Positions 62,901 to 64,000 of a stretch of DNA of 64,000 nucleotides are shown here, piece by piece; position 1 is the first letter of the stretch; each line of letters starts with the position of its first letter. Location: contig JAAOMT010000128.1 of NCBI GenBank assembly GCA_016748015.1, positions 1,495,538 through 1,559,537 of the forward strand. The letters run 5' to 3'. Source of the stretch: Geosiphon pyriformis uo1. Lineage: Eukaryota > Fungi > Glomeromycota. The notes under the pieces were generated by a model, which was not told the DNA's origin, did no database searches, and saw nothing but the letters and a program-made list of their open reading frames with translations. The position numbers and the translations under genes were made by a program.

Positions 62901-64000
62901 TAATATTATTAATATTTTTTAAATAATTTTTATTAATTTGCTTATATAAAACAAACAATTATATATTTAAAAAACTATTCAAATTAACAAAAATTATTAT
63001 AATATTATAATTTATAGAAAAAAAAGTTGCATATTAAAAATATTATAAATAATTATAATATTATTAAGAAAAAAAACATAAGGAAATTAATTGTTTTTTT
63101 ATGTTATATAAATTTTTTTAAGTTATAATTCTTATAAAAAAACTACTAAAAAAAGAGTTAACTAATTTCAAATTCAATCATTTTTTGAAATTAATACTAT
63201 ATTTTAAGTTATTTTTGTTAAAATTATTATTTAAAACAACAAAAGTATTTTTATTAACTGCTTTTGCAATAAATAAGTTAATAACAGAAATCTGATTTAA
63301 ATATATATTAAAAAAAATCTTAATATACAAATATAATATTAAAATTAATATATTATTCTTAAAAAACAAATAGATTAACAAAAAATAATTTGGTATTTTA
63401 ATTATTTTGTAAATATATTTAATAATAATATTATCTACAATAATAATAATTTCAAAATTCAAAAATTTTAAGTTTAAATTAGAAATAAATATTCAAATTC
63501 TATCAAATCTTTTTATAATTCAAAACTTAATATTATATTTTGTTTTTGTTATAATAAAAATAAAAATATTTATATTTTTAATATTACATAAATTAATTTT
63601 TTAAAGTAAATTAGTTATTATAAAAATAAAAAAAGTAAAAAACCAGAATTAATATACAAATAATTCAATCTAATTAAGACTAAATTTATAAAACTTTTAA
63701 GCACTAACATCTTAAATTTTAGATTACCAACTTTGACAATAAAAATTTTTAAACTAAAAAAAAACTATTAGTATTAATTAAAGAAAAAAATTATTAAAAG
63801 TATCTAATATTTTTAATTATTAGAAAAATTACAAATTTTACATATTTTAATAATAATAATAATAATAAATAAATATAATTCGTAAAAAATTACAAAGATT
63901 TAATTTATTATAAATTTTAATATTTAAGAATATTCAAATAAAAATTTATAAAAAACACAGCCAATAAAAGAACAACCACAATAATATTAAATAAAAATAA
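57000..64000 (-). mobile_element. Ancient, almost fully AT-eroded LINE ORF2 ghost, split by the younger LINE at 59537-61529
   Basis: 63178-63462 reads ...IAKAVNKNTFVVLNNNFNKN (compare IVKAVNESSFVVLGGDFNED); ~61700 IYNNKFNQIMTN; ~59400-59520 IINEFFKINNILININKT..ISNTFLFINNL. The left boundary is uncertain. Confidence 0.7.
59537..61529 (+). mobile_element. 5'-truncated, relatively young LINE (post-RT linker, RNase H, CCHC, 3'UTR, poly-A)
   Basis: VYTNGS, LAELQ, FSDSQ, KVKSHSGVSGNEHAN, CLFC..DHVFSC; TSD AAATTAAG at 59529-59536 and 61530-61537. Confidence 0.93.

Overview
Eukaryotic, intron-containing, very AT-rich fungal DNA. The element protein sequences resemble Glomeromycotina (arbuscular-mycorrhizal relatives such as Geosiphon); this is recalled resemblance, not a search result. 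Most of the window is decayed retrotransposons. (i) A nest of Ty3/Gypsy elements at 1-23.2 kb: a complete element B (5605-15793, +) sits inside a same-family element A (-), followed by a third 3' remnant C and a solo LTR. A further nested LTR pair lies at 55.3-57.0 kb. (ii) At least eight copies of an RNase H-bearing LINE family, from near-intact to an almost fully AT-eroded ghost. Only two clear host genes survive, both on CpG-retaining islands: a THOC7/Mft1 homologue with a long acidic tail (5 exons) and a Met30/SconB F-box-WD40 gene (2 exons). Most notable observations: the Gypsy polyprotein carries unknown Cys-rich modules plus a complete dUTPase between protease and RT, and a conserved non-env third ORF in frame behind the pol stop; all repeats show transition-only C>T/G>A decay not confined to CpG or CpA; the LINE 3'UTR folds into a conserved multi-stem RNA with a candidate pseudoknot; and an unannotated spliced and structured locus lies at 40.3-41.3 kb. 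All counts and alignments were done by eye.
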